From the NCBI GenBank assembly GCA_965215565.1, contig CBDCDZ010000004.1, positions 384,001 through 448,000 on the forward strand: a stretch of DNA of 64,000 nucleotides. Reading direction: 5' to 3'. Positions 52,670 to 63,089 of the stretch are shown in pieces. The position numbers and the translations under genes are program-made. The notes below the pieces were generated by a model. That model made no database searches. It was not told the DNA's origin and saw only the letters and a program-made list of their open reading frames with translations. Numbering within the stretch: the first letter of the stretch is position 1; every line of letters starts with the position of its first letter. The stretch is from Trueperaceae bacterium (GTDB lineage: Bacteria; Deinococcota; Deinococci; Deinococcales; Trueperaceae).

Positions 52670-55600
52670 ATGGCTGAGGTTCACGAAACCGCCTACCCGA
52701 GGCTCAAGCATAACCCGAGCCGCCGCGACCTGGAGCGAACGTACACGCCGAGCCGCGAGGAGATCGAGCTGGCTGAGTCGCTCGCTCGGAGTGAGGTCGC
52801 CAAGCTCGGCTTTCTGGTGCTGCTCAAGACCTTCCAGCGGCTCGGCTACTTCGTGCGTTTAGAAGAGGTACCTGTTGCCGTCGTCGAACACATCGCGCGT
52901 AGCTTAGGCTACCTGTTCGTGCCCGTGCGCATCGTCGATTACGACCGGAGCGGCACGCGCACGGCTCACGTCGCAACCATCCGCACCAAGGAGGGCGTGC
53001 GACCCTACGGGCTAAGCGGACCAGACGTCATCGCCCAAGCTATGCACGGGGCGGCGCAAACCCGCGAGGATTTGCGCGACCTCATCAACGCTGCGGTGGA
53101 GGAACTCGCACGCGCTCGCGTCGAGCTACCCGCCTTCAGCACTCTCAAGCGGGCAGCTTATCGCGTCCGCACCGAGGTCAACGCGCACTACCACAGGCTC
53201 ATTCACGATGCTCTGACCGAGGCGGACCGGATCACCTTGACGGCGATCTTCGCCGAACCGCTCGCAGGCGCGACGACCAGCCCGTGGCGGGAGATCAAGC
53301 GCGACCCCGGCAAAGCCACGCTGACCAACCTCGCGGCGCTGCTCGAGCACCACGCCTGGCTCGAAGAACAAAAGCCCACTGTAGACTTCGGCGCACTCCT
53401 ACCCGAGACGAAACTGCGTCAGTTCGCCGCCGAGGGGGACAGCCTCGACTTCGCGCGGATGCGGCAGGTCGAGCCGGTCAAGCGCCTCACTCTGACGGCG
53501 GCGTTAATCCACACCAAGGCGGCACAAGTGCTGGACGACCTCGGTGACCTCTACTGCAAGCGCCTCTATGCGATTCACCGCCGGGGTCGGGAGGCGCTCG
53601 ACGCTTACCACCGCGAGCACCAGAGCCGCACCGACACCTTGGTCCGGGCGCTCAAGGATGTTCTCACCGCCTACCGCACGGGCGGTGACGAGGCGACGCG
53701 CTTTCGCGCCATCCGCGGCGTGGTCGGTCACCGCACGGACGAACTGATCGCGCAGTGTGAAGCGCACGAGGTGTACGCCGACAACAATTACGCGCCCTTC
53801 CTCTGGCGTCCTTACGCGAGCCACCGCGCCACGCTTTTCAGACTGGCTCGAGCGCTGCCCCTCAAAGCCACCACGCAGGACGAAAGTTTCATGGCGGCCC
53901 TCACCTTTCTGCAGGGTAACGAGAAGAGTCGGAGCGACTGGCTCTCGCTCGAAGATCACCCGCTCGACCTATCTTGGCTGGGCGACAAGTGGTGGTCGTT
54001 AGTGACGGATGAAAAAAAGCGCACCCCCTATCCAGCGCGCGTCAAGCGCAAGCACTTCGAGATCGCCGTGTTCAACCAGCTTATGCGCGAACTCAAGTCC
54101 GGTGACGTGTGCATCGAGGGCAGTTTGGCGTATGCCGACTACCGCGCTCAACTCGTTAATGACCAGGAATACGCTGAGCTAGTCACGGCGTTCGGGGTAG
54201 AGGTAGGTTTACCCACCGACCCTACCGCCTTCGTGGACCACATGCGGACGTGGCTTCATGAGGCGGCCACCCGGACCGACCTCACCTTCCCAGCCAACGA
54301 CGCGCTCAGTCTCGAAGACGGACGACCCGTGCTCAAGAGGCGTCGCCGCAAGGTCGCCCAGCGCAGGATTAAACACCTGGAGAAGAAGCTGCGCGAGCGC
54401 TTCACGCCTACGCCCATCCTCGACATCCTTACCGACACAGAAACGCTACTCGCTTGGACGCAGTTCTTTCGACCTCTCTCCGGCCACGACGCCAAGCTGG
54501 AGCACGCCCGCGCGCGTTACCTTACTGCCACCTTTTGTTACGGCTGTAACGTCGGCCCGACCCAGACGGCGCGCTCGCTGCCAGGAGCCGACCGCAAGCA
54601 AATCGCCTGGGTGAATCAGCGCCACATTCACGACGAAGACTTAGAACGTGCCAAGACGCTGCTGATCAACGCCTACAACCGTTTCGCCATCCCCAAGCTG
54701 TGGGGCACGGGTAGAACGGCCTCGGCGGATGGGACCAAGTGGGACGTGTACGAGAAGAACCTCTTGGCGGAGTACCACATCCGCTACGGGGGCTATGGGG
54801 GCATTGGCTACTACCACGTCTCAGACACCTATATCGCCCTCTTCAGCCGCTTCATCCCTTGCGGGGTGTATGAGGCGGTGCATATCTTGGATGGTTTGTT
54901 GGAGAACGACAGCGACATCCAACCGGATACGGTCCACAGCGACACGCACGGGCAGAGCGTACCGGTGTTCGGCTTGGCGCACCTGCTCGGCATCGACCTG
55001 ATGCCCAGGATTCGCAACTGGAAGGACCTAGTCTTCGTTAGGCCGGACAAAGGGCTCCGCTATGAGCACATCGACGCGCTCTTTACCGACACACCTAACT
55101 GGGACCTCATCCGCCGCCACCTACCCGACCTGCTGCGCATCGTGGTGTCGATCAAAGCTGGACGGATTAGCGCCTCGACCATCCTCAAGCGCCTCAGCGC
55201 GTACAGCCGCAAGAATCACGTCTATCAAGCCTTTCGTGAACTCGGACGGGTGGTGCGCACGGGGTTCTTGTTGCGCTACCTCGCCGACGAGGAACTGCGC
55301 GCAACGATCCAAGCGGCGATGAACAAAAGCGAGCAGTTTAACGCCTTCTTGAAGTGGCTCGCCTTCGGCGGAGAGGAAATTCGCACCAACGATAGAGAGT
55401 TGCAGCAGAAGATCATCCGCTACAACCACCTCGTGGCTAACTGCGTCATCTTCTACAACGTTATGACGCTCACGCGGACTGTGAAAGAGCTGCGTGACGA
55501 AGGCTATGAGGTTCCTGAAGAGGTTCTCGCCGGGCTCAGCCCTTACATGACGGAGCACATCAACCGCTTAGGGGAGTACCGCCTCGACCTTTCCAGGGTG

Positions 55601-55678
55601 CCACCTGAGCCCGATTATGACTTCACTTTCACGCTGCCCGAGGAGGCTAAAGCCTCACCGCTTCATGAGAGTCGCTGA
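52670..55678 (+). CDS. tnpA: Tn3 family transposase
   Basis: 1002 aa; ASADGTK, HSDTHGQS, LMPRIRNWK, ELGRVVRTGF; stop inside right IR. Confidence 0.95.
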   Translation: MAEVHETAYPRLKHNPSRRDLERTYTPSREEIELAESLARSEVAKLGFLVLLKTFQRLGYFVRLEEVPVAVVEHIARSLGYLFVPVRIVDYDRSGTRTAHVATIRTKEGVRPYGLSGPDVIAQAMHGAAQTREDLRDLINAAVEELARARVELPAFSTLKRAAYRVRTEVNAHYHRLIHDALTEADRITLTAIFAEPLAGATTSPWREIKRDPGKATLTNLAALLEHHAWLEEQKPTVDFGALLPETKLRQFAAEGDSLDFARMRQVEPVKRLTLTAALIHTKAAQVLDDLGDLYCKRLYAIHRRGREALDAYHREHQSRTDTLVRALKDVLTAYRTGGDEATRFRAIRGVVGHRTDELIAQCEAHEVYADNNYAPFLWRPYASHRATLFRLARALPLKATTQDESFMAALTFLQGNEKSRSDWLSLEDHPLDLSWLGDKWWSLVTDEKKRTPYPARVKRKHFEIAVFNQLMRELKSGDVCIEGSLAYADYRAQLVNDQEYAELVTAFGVEVGLPTDPTAFVDHMRTWLHEAATRTDLTFPANDALSLEDGRPVLKRRRRKVAQRRIKHLEKKLRERFTPTPILDILTDTETLLAWTQFFRPLSGHDAKLEHARARYLTATFCYGCNVGPTQTARSLPGADRKQIAWVNQRHIHDEDLERAKTLLINAYNRFAIPKLWGTGRTASADGTKWDVYEKNLLAEYHIRYGGYGGIGYYHVSDTYIALFSRFIPCGVYEAVHILDGLLENDSDIQPDTVHSDTHGQSVPVFGLAHLLGIDLMPRIRNWKDLVFVRPDKGLRYEHIDALFTDTPNWDLIRRHLPDLLRIVVSIKAGRISASTILKRLSAYSRKNHVYQAFRELGRVVRTGFLLRYLADEELRATIQAAMNKSEQFNAFLKWLAFGGEEIRTNDRELQQKIIRYNHLVANCVIFYNVMTLTRTVKELRDEGYEVPEEVLAGLSPYMTEHINRLGEYRLDLSRVPPEPDYDFTFTLPEEAKASPLHESR

Positions 55679-55705
55679 AATTTACACGAATTGTTGCCGG
55701 ACCTC

Positions 55706-56563
55706 TATACCCCTGATGGGCTCCTTCACTCCATCTACGAACCTGCTATCGAAACAGGTAGCAGCGGCGAGGTCAGAACCAAGTACTACACCTACGGCAA
55801 GCGCCCTTTCCCAATCACGCTGAGCGAGGCGGCGGGTCCGGACAGTGGCGCGCTGACGACGTACGAGTATGACTGGCGGGGTAACGTCGTCGAAACCACG
55901 CTGCCTACAACGCAAGATGTGGACGGTGCCGACGTCGCCGCGACCGTGACCCAGACCTACGATGAAAACGGCAACCTCATGATGATGGTAGACGCAGAAG
56001 GGTTCGTGACGACGTACTGGTATAACAAGTACAATCGGCTCGAGACCGAGCAGAAGCTGACGCGAAACACCACGACAATTGACAACAAAGCGTTCCCGGA
56101 GAGTGGCGGCCCGAGGACAGATTACTGGTACGACGCGGCGGGCAACCTGATCGGGGAGGAGCGGGGCACCCTCTACACCCATTACGCCTACAACAGCTTG
56201 GGTAAGGTCATCGTCGAGTCGCGTCCTTCTACTGCGAGCAGCGCCGATTCGAATAGAAAGCTCAAGACCTACCGTTTGGACGGTGCGCTCACAGCGCATA
56301 CAACCTATGATTACAGGGGTTCGTTAACAGGGGCAGGGACAAGTACAGTTGCTAAGATAGGTCCCTCCAACCTACCGACAGTAACCAAGCTGTGGGAAGA
56401 GGTCTTACCTAGTGCCAAAAAGCGACGCAAACGTCGAATACCTCGACACCTTTTTGCGAAGTCGCTAAGCGAAGCCGCCGACGCCTTAGGGCGGCTAGAC
56501 TCACCCCCTCGAGATGGTATCTATGTTTGTAAAAAGACTACCAGCAATTTGCAGACAACATAA
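55706..56563 (+). pseudogene. Rhs/YD-repeat protein, 3' continuation (itself truncated near 56390)
   Basis: YTPDG, YDWRGN, YDENGN, YDAAGN; in frame with the 5' part once the transposon is removed. Confidence 0.88.
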
Positions 56564-57190
56564 ATTTTTCACGAGCATAGGTATTGTGAAAGATTTCTTA
56601 AACGAGAAGCCTGTTAGCAGCAGATAGAGTATTTAGAGAAACCGTTGAAAACCTCCGCTTCGCTAAAAGGCATTTAGTGTAAGAGATAGCAGTTCCAAAA
56701 CATACTGAGACGGATGAGCGCAGATCTCTGTCCGCAAGGACTAGCGAAATTTCATCTCAAAATGTGCTTGCTGTTTTCTGAAAGCCCGCAGGGACGCAGT
56801 TTTCGCAGAGCGAATGACGTAGTACGCCGTCAGGCAAGCATGTTCTAGAAAGTGAGAGTGTTTCAAACCACCGTCGCTGCGCGAGTACTAACGTAAACCG
56901 AGCTTTGCGAGTTCAGCGACTCAGCTTTAGCTAGCGGGTTGGGCTGAGGTTTACCGTCTTCTGCGAAGCTTACAGATCAGACTTTGATACCTGCCAAGAG
57001 ACGCGGAAATAGATAGAGGATAAGTCCAGCAGTCACGTAGAGTTATCTTCATTAGGTCGAGACGCCGAGCGCCTGGAAGCGCTGAGGTTTCTTTGCTTTG
57101 CTGTTTAGCGTAGGGGAGAGGTAGAGTATGAATAGCACGCTTCACTCACAGCGCAACCAAGCTCGAGTTCAACCTTTAAGCCCTTCTCTG

Positions 57191-58222
57191 CTATTCTCGT
57201 GACAACCGCTCTCCTAATCCTTCCTGTGCTGACCTCGCCCGCTCGCTCGCTTTCTTGCTCGTCACCTTGGCGTAGCGCTGCGTCGTAACCAGACTCTCGT
57301 GTCCCATGAGCGCTTGGGTCTCGAGCAAGCCAACAGACTCCTGCATCATCACGCCGAACGTGTGCCTCAGCGCGTGAACTGCCCTATACGCATTGGGTTG
57401 TTGGGTGAAGGGGTTGACGCCGAACGCCTTTATACATAGAACCCGCAGCTTTTTTCTCAACCCATCCGTTGAGTAAGGGCCCCAGTGACCATACTTACGC
57501 ATGAGCACCCAGTTACCCCGCTGCGGCAGCGCGGCTAGCGCGCGGCTAGTCGCGGCGTCAAAAGGCACGGTGCGCCGCTTGTTCCCCTTCCCCTCAACGC
57601 TGAGAAGTTGATCTTGAAAATCTACATCTCTCCACCTGAGCGAGACGATCTCCTCGATACGTAACCCGCAGAGCACACCCAAAAGTATCGCCACGCGTGA
57701 TACCGAGTCATCCAGATGCTCCGCGGCTTCCAGCAGCGACTTGACGGTCTCGAGCCGATACTCCTCGCGCTTCTCGTGAGGCTTGACCGGGTCAGGAGAG
57801 ACTTTGACCTCATCAAAGGGATTCGTAAGTTCGAAGCCGCACCAGGCGAGCGCCTCGTAAAATCGGCGGGCGGCGATGACCCTAAGATGCACCGTGGCAG
57901 GCGCTTTAGGTTGAGTATCCTCGTCGCCCTGCTCGAGTCGCCTCACATACCCCTGCGCTTCGTCAGCCGAAACCCGTAAGAGGTCCGCGCCACCCCGGTG
58001 CTCGAGCCAGTCGAGCACGCCCCTTCTATACGCGCGCAAGGTGTGCTGGCTGACGCGCGTTCCCTTCTTACCCGTGAACTGTAGATGCGCTACGGTCAAG
58101 CGCCAGAGCACCTCCTCGTCCTCCGAGAGGATTGCCTGCGCTGCTCGCCGCTTGCGCTCGGAGGGGTCTAGTCGCGACCAATCTTGCCAAGCTTGGGATA
58201 GAAGTAAAAGGTCACTCACCAT
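57191..58222 (-). CDS. Tyrosine recombinase (Deinococcus-Thermus type)
   Basis: VSQHTLRAY; GLRIEE, GKGNKRR, HALRHTF, MGHES, TTQRY. Confidence 0.9.
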   Translation of the reverse strand: MVSDLLLLSQAWQDWSRLDPSERKRRAAQAILSEDEEVLWRLTVAHLQFTGKKGTRVSQHTLRAYRRGVLDWLEHRGGADLLRVSADEAQGYVRRLEQGDEDTQPKAPATVHLRVIAARRFYEALAWCGFELTNPFDEVKVSPDPVKPHEKREEYRLETVKSLLEAAEHLDDSVSRVAILLGVLCGLRIEEIVSLRWRDVDFQDQLLSVEGKGNKRRTVPFDAATSRALAALPQRGNWVLMRKYGHWGPYSTDGLRKKLRVLCIKAFGVNPFTQQPNAYRAVHALRHTFGVMMQESVGLLETQALMGHESLVTTQRYAKVTSKKASERARSAQEGLGERLSRE

Positions 58223-58665
58223 TCATCTCCGCATCATAAGTGTGCTGCTAAAGTTACCGATTAAAGGCTTTCCTCGAATCACCTGCGAAAGTCGTTTTGA
58301 GTTGCTCGGTCTATACTAGTGAGTTAGGCTCGTCTTTCAGTAGCTTTATAGCGTTGGGCGCAACTTGATTCAATCTTACACCAGACCTCTTGCGGAGGTA
58401 AGAGGTGGACGCAATAGCTGGTTTCCACTTTCGCCGAGTAAGCAGCCGTACCTAATTTTAACTATCCTAGATTGCACGGTTTTGAAAGTGCTCTTTTGGT
58501 TCAACGTGAACTAGTACGAGCACTTAGTTCACGCAGTCGGGCGTTAGCTGGGAGTACAAGCAGATACTCCCGGCGGTCAGAGCGGCGGTTTTGTAGGGAG
58601 TCTAGTGCTAGCGTGTGAGCTGCGGTGAGCGTGGGTAGCTCGAGTGCTTTGGCGGACCTAAACTC

Positions 58666-58720
58666 TATTAGTATAATAAGTCATGATAATGTTCAATTAT
58701 CATGACTTATTATACTAATA
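58666..58720. other. Perfect 25-bp-arm AT-rich palindrome, candidate dif-like site
   Basis: TATTAGTATAATAAGTCATGATAAT-GTTCA-ATTATCATGACTTATTATACTAATA. Confidence 0.6.
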
Positions 58721-59129
58721 TTAATTTCTATAGAGGTCCGTCTGAGAATACATCAGGTTTCGAATGTGTGGGTCAGTTTAATTAGGTCGTCGGGCTTCCA
58801 GTCGCGCGGTAATCGTTTGACCTCGAGAGCAAAGAACCGCTTTTAGGTAGCGAAGGTGGTGGAGCACCCTCGCAGAAATCCTGCTAGTCACTTGAGAAAC
58901 CCTGCAACCCCTCAGCATCTCACGTAAATGTAGTTTCACGTCACATAATTAAGAGTGTAGTTTCGTCATGCTGTATGAAATTTCTTGCGAGGACGTGCAT
59001 TCTCACTCTCTCTTTTTACAGTATAGACAACGCGCGCGGCACTGGTCCTGTCAGGGGAAAGGGGGGTTACAACGCACCGCCTACCACATTATTAAGCCAC
59101 TAAGAGGTATCTACGAGGAGGACCTAATT

Positions 59130-61166
59130 GTGAAACACAAGAAGACGCGCTACTTAGCGCCCCTCACAGCTTTTTCGCTGTGTTTGGCGGTGAGCGCCAC
59201 GCTGCTCAGCCTCCTTCCTTATCTCGGGCTAGCCAGCGCACAAACGCAACCTTCGGATTTTTCGTTCGACGCTCCCAAGGTGGCGCTCGCAGGCGTGCCC
59301 TTCGAGCAGACCGTGCGCGCTACCGAGCCGCCTGAGGGAGCACTCGAGCTGCGCGTCGGCGACGAGACCTACCCTGTCGAGCCCGGTATGTTCGAGGCTG
59401 TCGACGACGGAATCGTCTCTGAGGCGACTGTTGAAGACATCGTCGTACCCAATGTAGGCGACTTTGCGATGAGCCTCGTCCGAGACGGACAGACGCTGAG
59501 CGAGGCGTCCTCAAACGCGATCTACGGTTGGCTCTCGGTTCTGCCCGCGCTTCTCGCTATCGTCATCGCCCTCGTCTCTCGTCAAGTTGTGCCTTCGCTC
59601 TTCTTGGGTATCGCTCTAGGCGCGTGGATGACCTACGGGTTATCGTTGCCAGGGCTGTGGTTCGGGCTGCTCGATACGATGCAGGTCTACGTTTTAGAGG
59701 CGCTCGTCCCACCCAGTGGCGACAAAGGGCACATCTCGATCGTCGTATTCACGCTGATGATGGGCGGACTTATCGGTATTATCTACCGTAACGGCGGCGC
59801 TCACGCGATCGCGGACAGGATCAGCTCGCTAGCGAGCAACCGCAGGCGGGGTCAGCTCTCGACGAGTGGACTAGGCTTCGCTATTTTCTTTAGCACCTAC
59901 GCAAACTCGCTTATCGTTGGCAACACGATGCGCCCCGTCACCGACAAGCTCAAAATCTCGCGCGAGAAGCTCGCTTACATCGTGGACTGCACCGCCGCGC
60001 CGCTCGCCGCTATCGCGATCATCTCCACCTGGATAGGGTTTGAACTCGGTCTAATCCAGTCCGCTGTATCCACCATCGGCTTTAGCGAAAACGCCTACTC
60101 CATCTTTCTTAAGTCGATTCCGTACAACTTCTATCCTATTTTGGCGCTTTTCTTCGTACTCGCCGTAGGATTTACCGGGCGAGACTTCGGACCGATGGCA
60201 AAAGCCGAGCGTCGCGCCTTTCATGAGGGCAAGGTCGCGCGCGACGGCGCGTCAGTCGATGACGATTCGAAGGGTGAAGAGGGCGAGGGCGAAGGTGGGA
60301 ATGACTTATACATGAAAGAGAGTGTGAGCAAGCGCTCGTTCAATGCGCTTTTACCGATTGGCACGCTCATCGTCACCGTCGCCGCCGGGCTCTACGTAAC
60401 CGGCGAGGGAGACACGCTGCGCGATATCATCGGCAGCGCACAGTCGAGTCGCGTGCTCGTTTGGGCAGGTTTATTGGGCGTGCTCGTCGCCGCTGCGCTC
60501 TCGATCGGACAGCGCATCCTCTCCATCGGCGAGACTGTCGAGGCTTGGTTCGCCGGTCTCAAGTCGGTACTTTTCGTCATGATCATCCTGACGCTTGCCT
60601 GGTCACTCGCCGCCATCGCAGTAGACATTCACACAGCGAACTACCTCGTCTCCATACTCGGCGACGCGATCCGCCCCGAGTTCCTGCCCGCCATCCTCTT
60701 CGCCCTCTCTGCTGCGGTGTCGTTCGCCGTAGGCACAAGTTGGGGAACGATGGGGATTCTCATGCCCTTAGCGGTACCGCTCGTCTGGACGATCTTACAG
60801 AACTTCGGCATGGCGACGCCCGAATATAATTACATCCTCTACGCGACGATCGGCACCATCCTAGCGGGCAGTGTTTGGGGTGATCACTGCTCACCGATTT
60901 CCGACACTACCATCATTTCCTCCGTCGCGGCGGGCTCTGACCACATCGACCACGTGCGTACACAGATTCCTTACGCACTCGCTGTTGGCGTCGTATCTCT
61001 CGTCGTGGGGCTTATTCCTACGGGGTTTGGTATCCCCTGGTGGCTCACTTTACCCGCTGGCGCGGCTGTTTTGTTAGGTATCCTTTACGTATTCGGCGAT
61101 GACATCGAAGCCGAAGCTGAGGCGCAACAAGATCAGGTTGCAGCAGAGGCGGCCTCGACAGACTGA
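59130..61166 (+). CDS. Na+/H+ antiporter NhaC family protein with N-terminal extracellular domain
   Basis: SREKLAYIVD, GTSWGTMGIL, GDHCSPISDTT, DHVRTQ.PY; GGAGG before GTG 59130. Confidence 0.9.
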   Translation: MKHKKTRYLAPLTAFSLCLAVSATLLSLLPYLGLASAQTQPSDFSFDAPKVALAGVPFEQTVRATEPPEGALELRVGDETYPVEPGMFEAVDDGIVSEATVEDIVVPNVGDFAMSLVRDGQTLSEASSNAIYGWLSVLPALLAIVIALVSRQVVPSLFLGIALGAWMTYGLSLPGLWFGLLDTMQVYVLEALVPPSGDKGHISIVVFTLMMGGLIGIIYRNGGAHAIADRISSLASNRRRGQLSTSGLGFAIFFSTYANSLIVGNTMRPVTDKLKISREKLAYIVDCTAAPLAAIAIISTWIGFELGLIQSAVSTIGFSENAYSIFLKSIPYNFYPILALFFVLAVGFTGRDFGPMAKAERRAFHEGKVARDGASVDDDSKGEEGEGEGGNDLYMKESVSKRSFNALLPIGTLIVTVAAGLYVTGEGDTLRDIIGSAQSSRVLVWAGLLGVLVAAALSIGQRILSIGETVEAWFAGLKSVLFVMIILTLAWSLAAIAVDIHTANYLVSILGDAIRPEFLPAILFALSAAVSFAVGTSWGTMGILMPLAVPLVWTILQNFGMATPEYNYILYATIGTILAGSVWGDHCSPISDTTIISSVAAGSDHIDHVRTQIPYALAVGVVSLVVGLIPTGFGIPWWLTLPAGAAVLLGILYVFGDDIEAEAEAQQDQVAAEAASTD

Positions 61167-61192
61167 CAGAACTTAATCACAGACTTGATTAC

Positions 61193-61224
61193 ATAAGTAG
61201 GAAGCACTGTACTTCCTACTTATG
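61193..61224 (+). terminator. Hairpin after nhaC-like gene
   Basis: CATAAGTAGGAAG/CTTCCTACTTATG stem. Confidence 0.55.
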
Positions 61225-61297
61225 GCATTCGCAGCAAATGTTGCCATGTACGGACGTTGATTGGTACAAGATTAACGTCGGATTTCGTGAACGCACC

Positions 61298-61472
61298 CGC
61301 CCGGTTTTAGTTGCCACAGATAAGCATATGAAGTGCTCCGCCGAGAATAGGTCCAAGGTCTATCGGCTCTAAATTGGCAGTAGTATAGTAACTAAGGCTG
61401 CACACGTTGTGTAGATGAAATGTCCAGGTCTCCCCTGCCGGTAGCGCGTCGTTGCGACGCGCTACCTCTTCT
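61298..61472 (+). ncRNA. Putative structured ncRNA of unknown class
   Basis: Nested helices requiring G-U pairs on the + strand, ending in a 12-bp GC hairpin. Confidence 0.35.
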
Positions 61473-61683
61473 ATCTCAAGGAACCCGCTCAGAAAAATTC
61501 TGCCGAGTCTCTCTATAGATAAATATATATTTCACAATACCTTTGTTCGTGATATTTTTATGGTGCTACTTTAATTCAAAGGGTCCTGCACATTGCACCC
61601 GCGCTCAACCCCTCATCTACCTTTTCTTTGAAACGAGTGTACAGCTCGGACGCCTCGTGCCACGAGGCGTCCCCTCAACTCAT

Positions 61684-61722
61684 AAATAGCCGCAGCAGAC
61701 TCTGAGTCTGCTGCGGCTATTT
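61684..61722. terminator. Bidirectional-type terminator
   Basis: AAATAGCCGCAGCAGACTC-T-GAGTCTGCTGCGGCTATTT. Confidence 0.75.
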
Positions 61723-61739
61723 TAACTGTCAATAGAAGC

Positions 61740-63071
61740 TCAGGCGACGAGTTCTTCAGGCGTCTGGTCTTCCCAGCAGAGCGCTCGGTAGTCCAAGCCT
61801 GCGGGCGCGTCGGCAAAGAGTCCAGCTAAATCCAAGACCTTGGTGCCCGCGGGCGCTGCGAGCAGCGCTTGCCTGAATTCGTCAGTGGCGTGCGTGACGA
61901 TAATAAGCTCGGCGCGGCTGAGCGCCCCCTCGAGGTCATCGGTGAGCAGCGCTTCGAAGTGAGGCAAGTTCTGCTGGATAAAGCTGAGGTTCGCCCCCAT
62001 CAGGTTCGCTTGGTAGACGGCGCTGTCGTAGATCGTCACCTCACGCCCCTCGCCGATGAGCGTTTTGACGAGCGGCACGGCGGGGCTTTCGCGCAAATCG
62101 TCCGTGTTCGGTTTGAAGGCGAGCCCCAAAACTGTGACGCGCGGGGCGTCGACGCGCAGGGCGGCTTCGCCGGCGAGGTCTACCATCGCCTGGTTGCTCA
62201 TAGGGAGGGCTCTGAGCATCGGCACGTCCACGTGTTTTTCGTTCGCATAGTGGATGAGCGCGCCTAAGTCTTTAGGCAAGCATGAGCCGCCGTAGGCAAA
62301 CCCCGGCTTCATGTAGGCGGGCGACACGTTGAGCTTAGTATCCTGCGTAATGATGTCCATGACTTCGCGTCCGTCCACACCGAAGCCCTTCGCGACGCGC
62401 CCTATCTCGTTCGCGAAGGCAATTTTCGCGGCGTGCCAGGTATTTGCGACGTATTTGACCATCTCAGCCACGGCGGGTTTCACAACGACGACGGGCGCGG
62501 CGAGCCCCGCGTAAATCTCGCGCACGGCAGCCTCGGCGACGGGGTCTTCCGTCCCGATGATCGTGTAGGGCGGCGCATCGTAGTCTTTGATCGCGGAGCC
62601 TTCGCGCAAGAACTCAGGGTTAAAGGCGACGTGAACAGGCGTTTCGCCGGCTTCTTCTTCTAGGATGGCGCGGCAGCGCTCCAGCGTGCCCGGCGGCACA
62701 GTGCTCCGTAAAACAACGACGTGAGACTCGCCCTTTTCGCGCACGGCTTTGCCAATCTCGCGGCACACTGTAAAAACGTAGCTCAAGTTGGGTCCGCCTT
62801 GGTCGTCGGGCGGCGTTCCCACGCTGATAAGCGACAGCTCGGACGCGGCAGCAGCTTGGAAAGCGTTGCCCGTCGTCTTGATGCGCTTGGCGCGGACGTA
62901 CTCGCCAAGTAACGCCTCCAAACCGGGCTCCACGATGTTCGACTTGCCACTGGCTAACAGCTCGAGCTTCGCCGCACTCACGTCCACGCCGGTTACCGTG
63001 TTGCCGTCGCGCGCTAAACACGCCGCTGTGACCGTTCCTACGTAGCCCAGACCAAATACGCTGATATTCAT
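61740..63071 (-). CDS. GDP-mannose 6-dehydrogenase-like (UDP-glucose/GDP-mannose dehydrogenase family)
   Basis: FGLGYVG, FNPEFLREG, PGFAYGGSCLPKD, FKPNTDDLRESP. Confidence 0.92.
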   Translation of the reverse strand: MNISVFGLGYVGTVTAACLARDGNTVTGVDVSAAKLELLASGKSNIVEPGLEALLGEYVRAKRIKTTGNAFQAAAASELSLISVGTPPDDQGGPNLSYVFTVCREIGKAVREKGESHVVVLRSTVPPGTLERCRAILEEEAGETPVHVAFNPEFLREGSAIKDYDAPPYTIIGTEDPVAEAAVREIYAGLAAPVVVVKPAVAEMVKYVANTWHAAKIAFANEIGRVAKGFGVDGREVMDIITQDTKLNVSPAYMKPGFAYGGSCLPKDLGALIHYANEKHVDVPMLRALPMSNQAMVDLAGEAALRVDAPRVTVLGLAFKPNTDDLRESPAVPLVKTLIGEGREVTIYDSAVYQANLMGANLSFIQQNLPHFEALLTDDLEGALSRAELIIVTHATDEFRQALLAAPAGTKVLDLAGLFADAPAGLDYRALCWEDQTPEELVA

Positions 63072-63089
63072 GAGGTTCTCCTAGCTATC

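Larger units (their letters stand above)
48622..55705. mobile_element. Complete Tn3-family transposon (7,084 bp) with tyrosine recombinase and cargo
   Basis: Perfect 41-bp IRs GAGGTCCGGCAACAATTCGTGTAAATTTCAGCGACTCTCAT (48622-48662, 55665-55705); TATAC at 48617-48621 and 55706-55710. Confidence 0.95.

Noticed and set aside
58800..59129. Riboswitch upstream of the nhaC-like gene, and the longer ORF start at 58968
   Set aside because: No lysine, glycine or SAM consensus recognised; the RBS supports GTG 59130.
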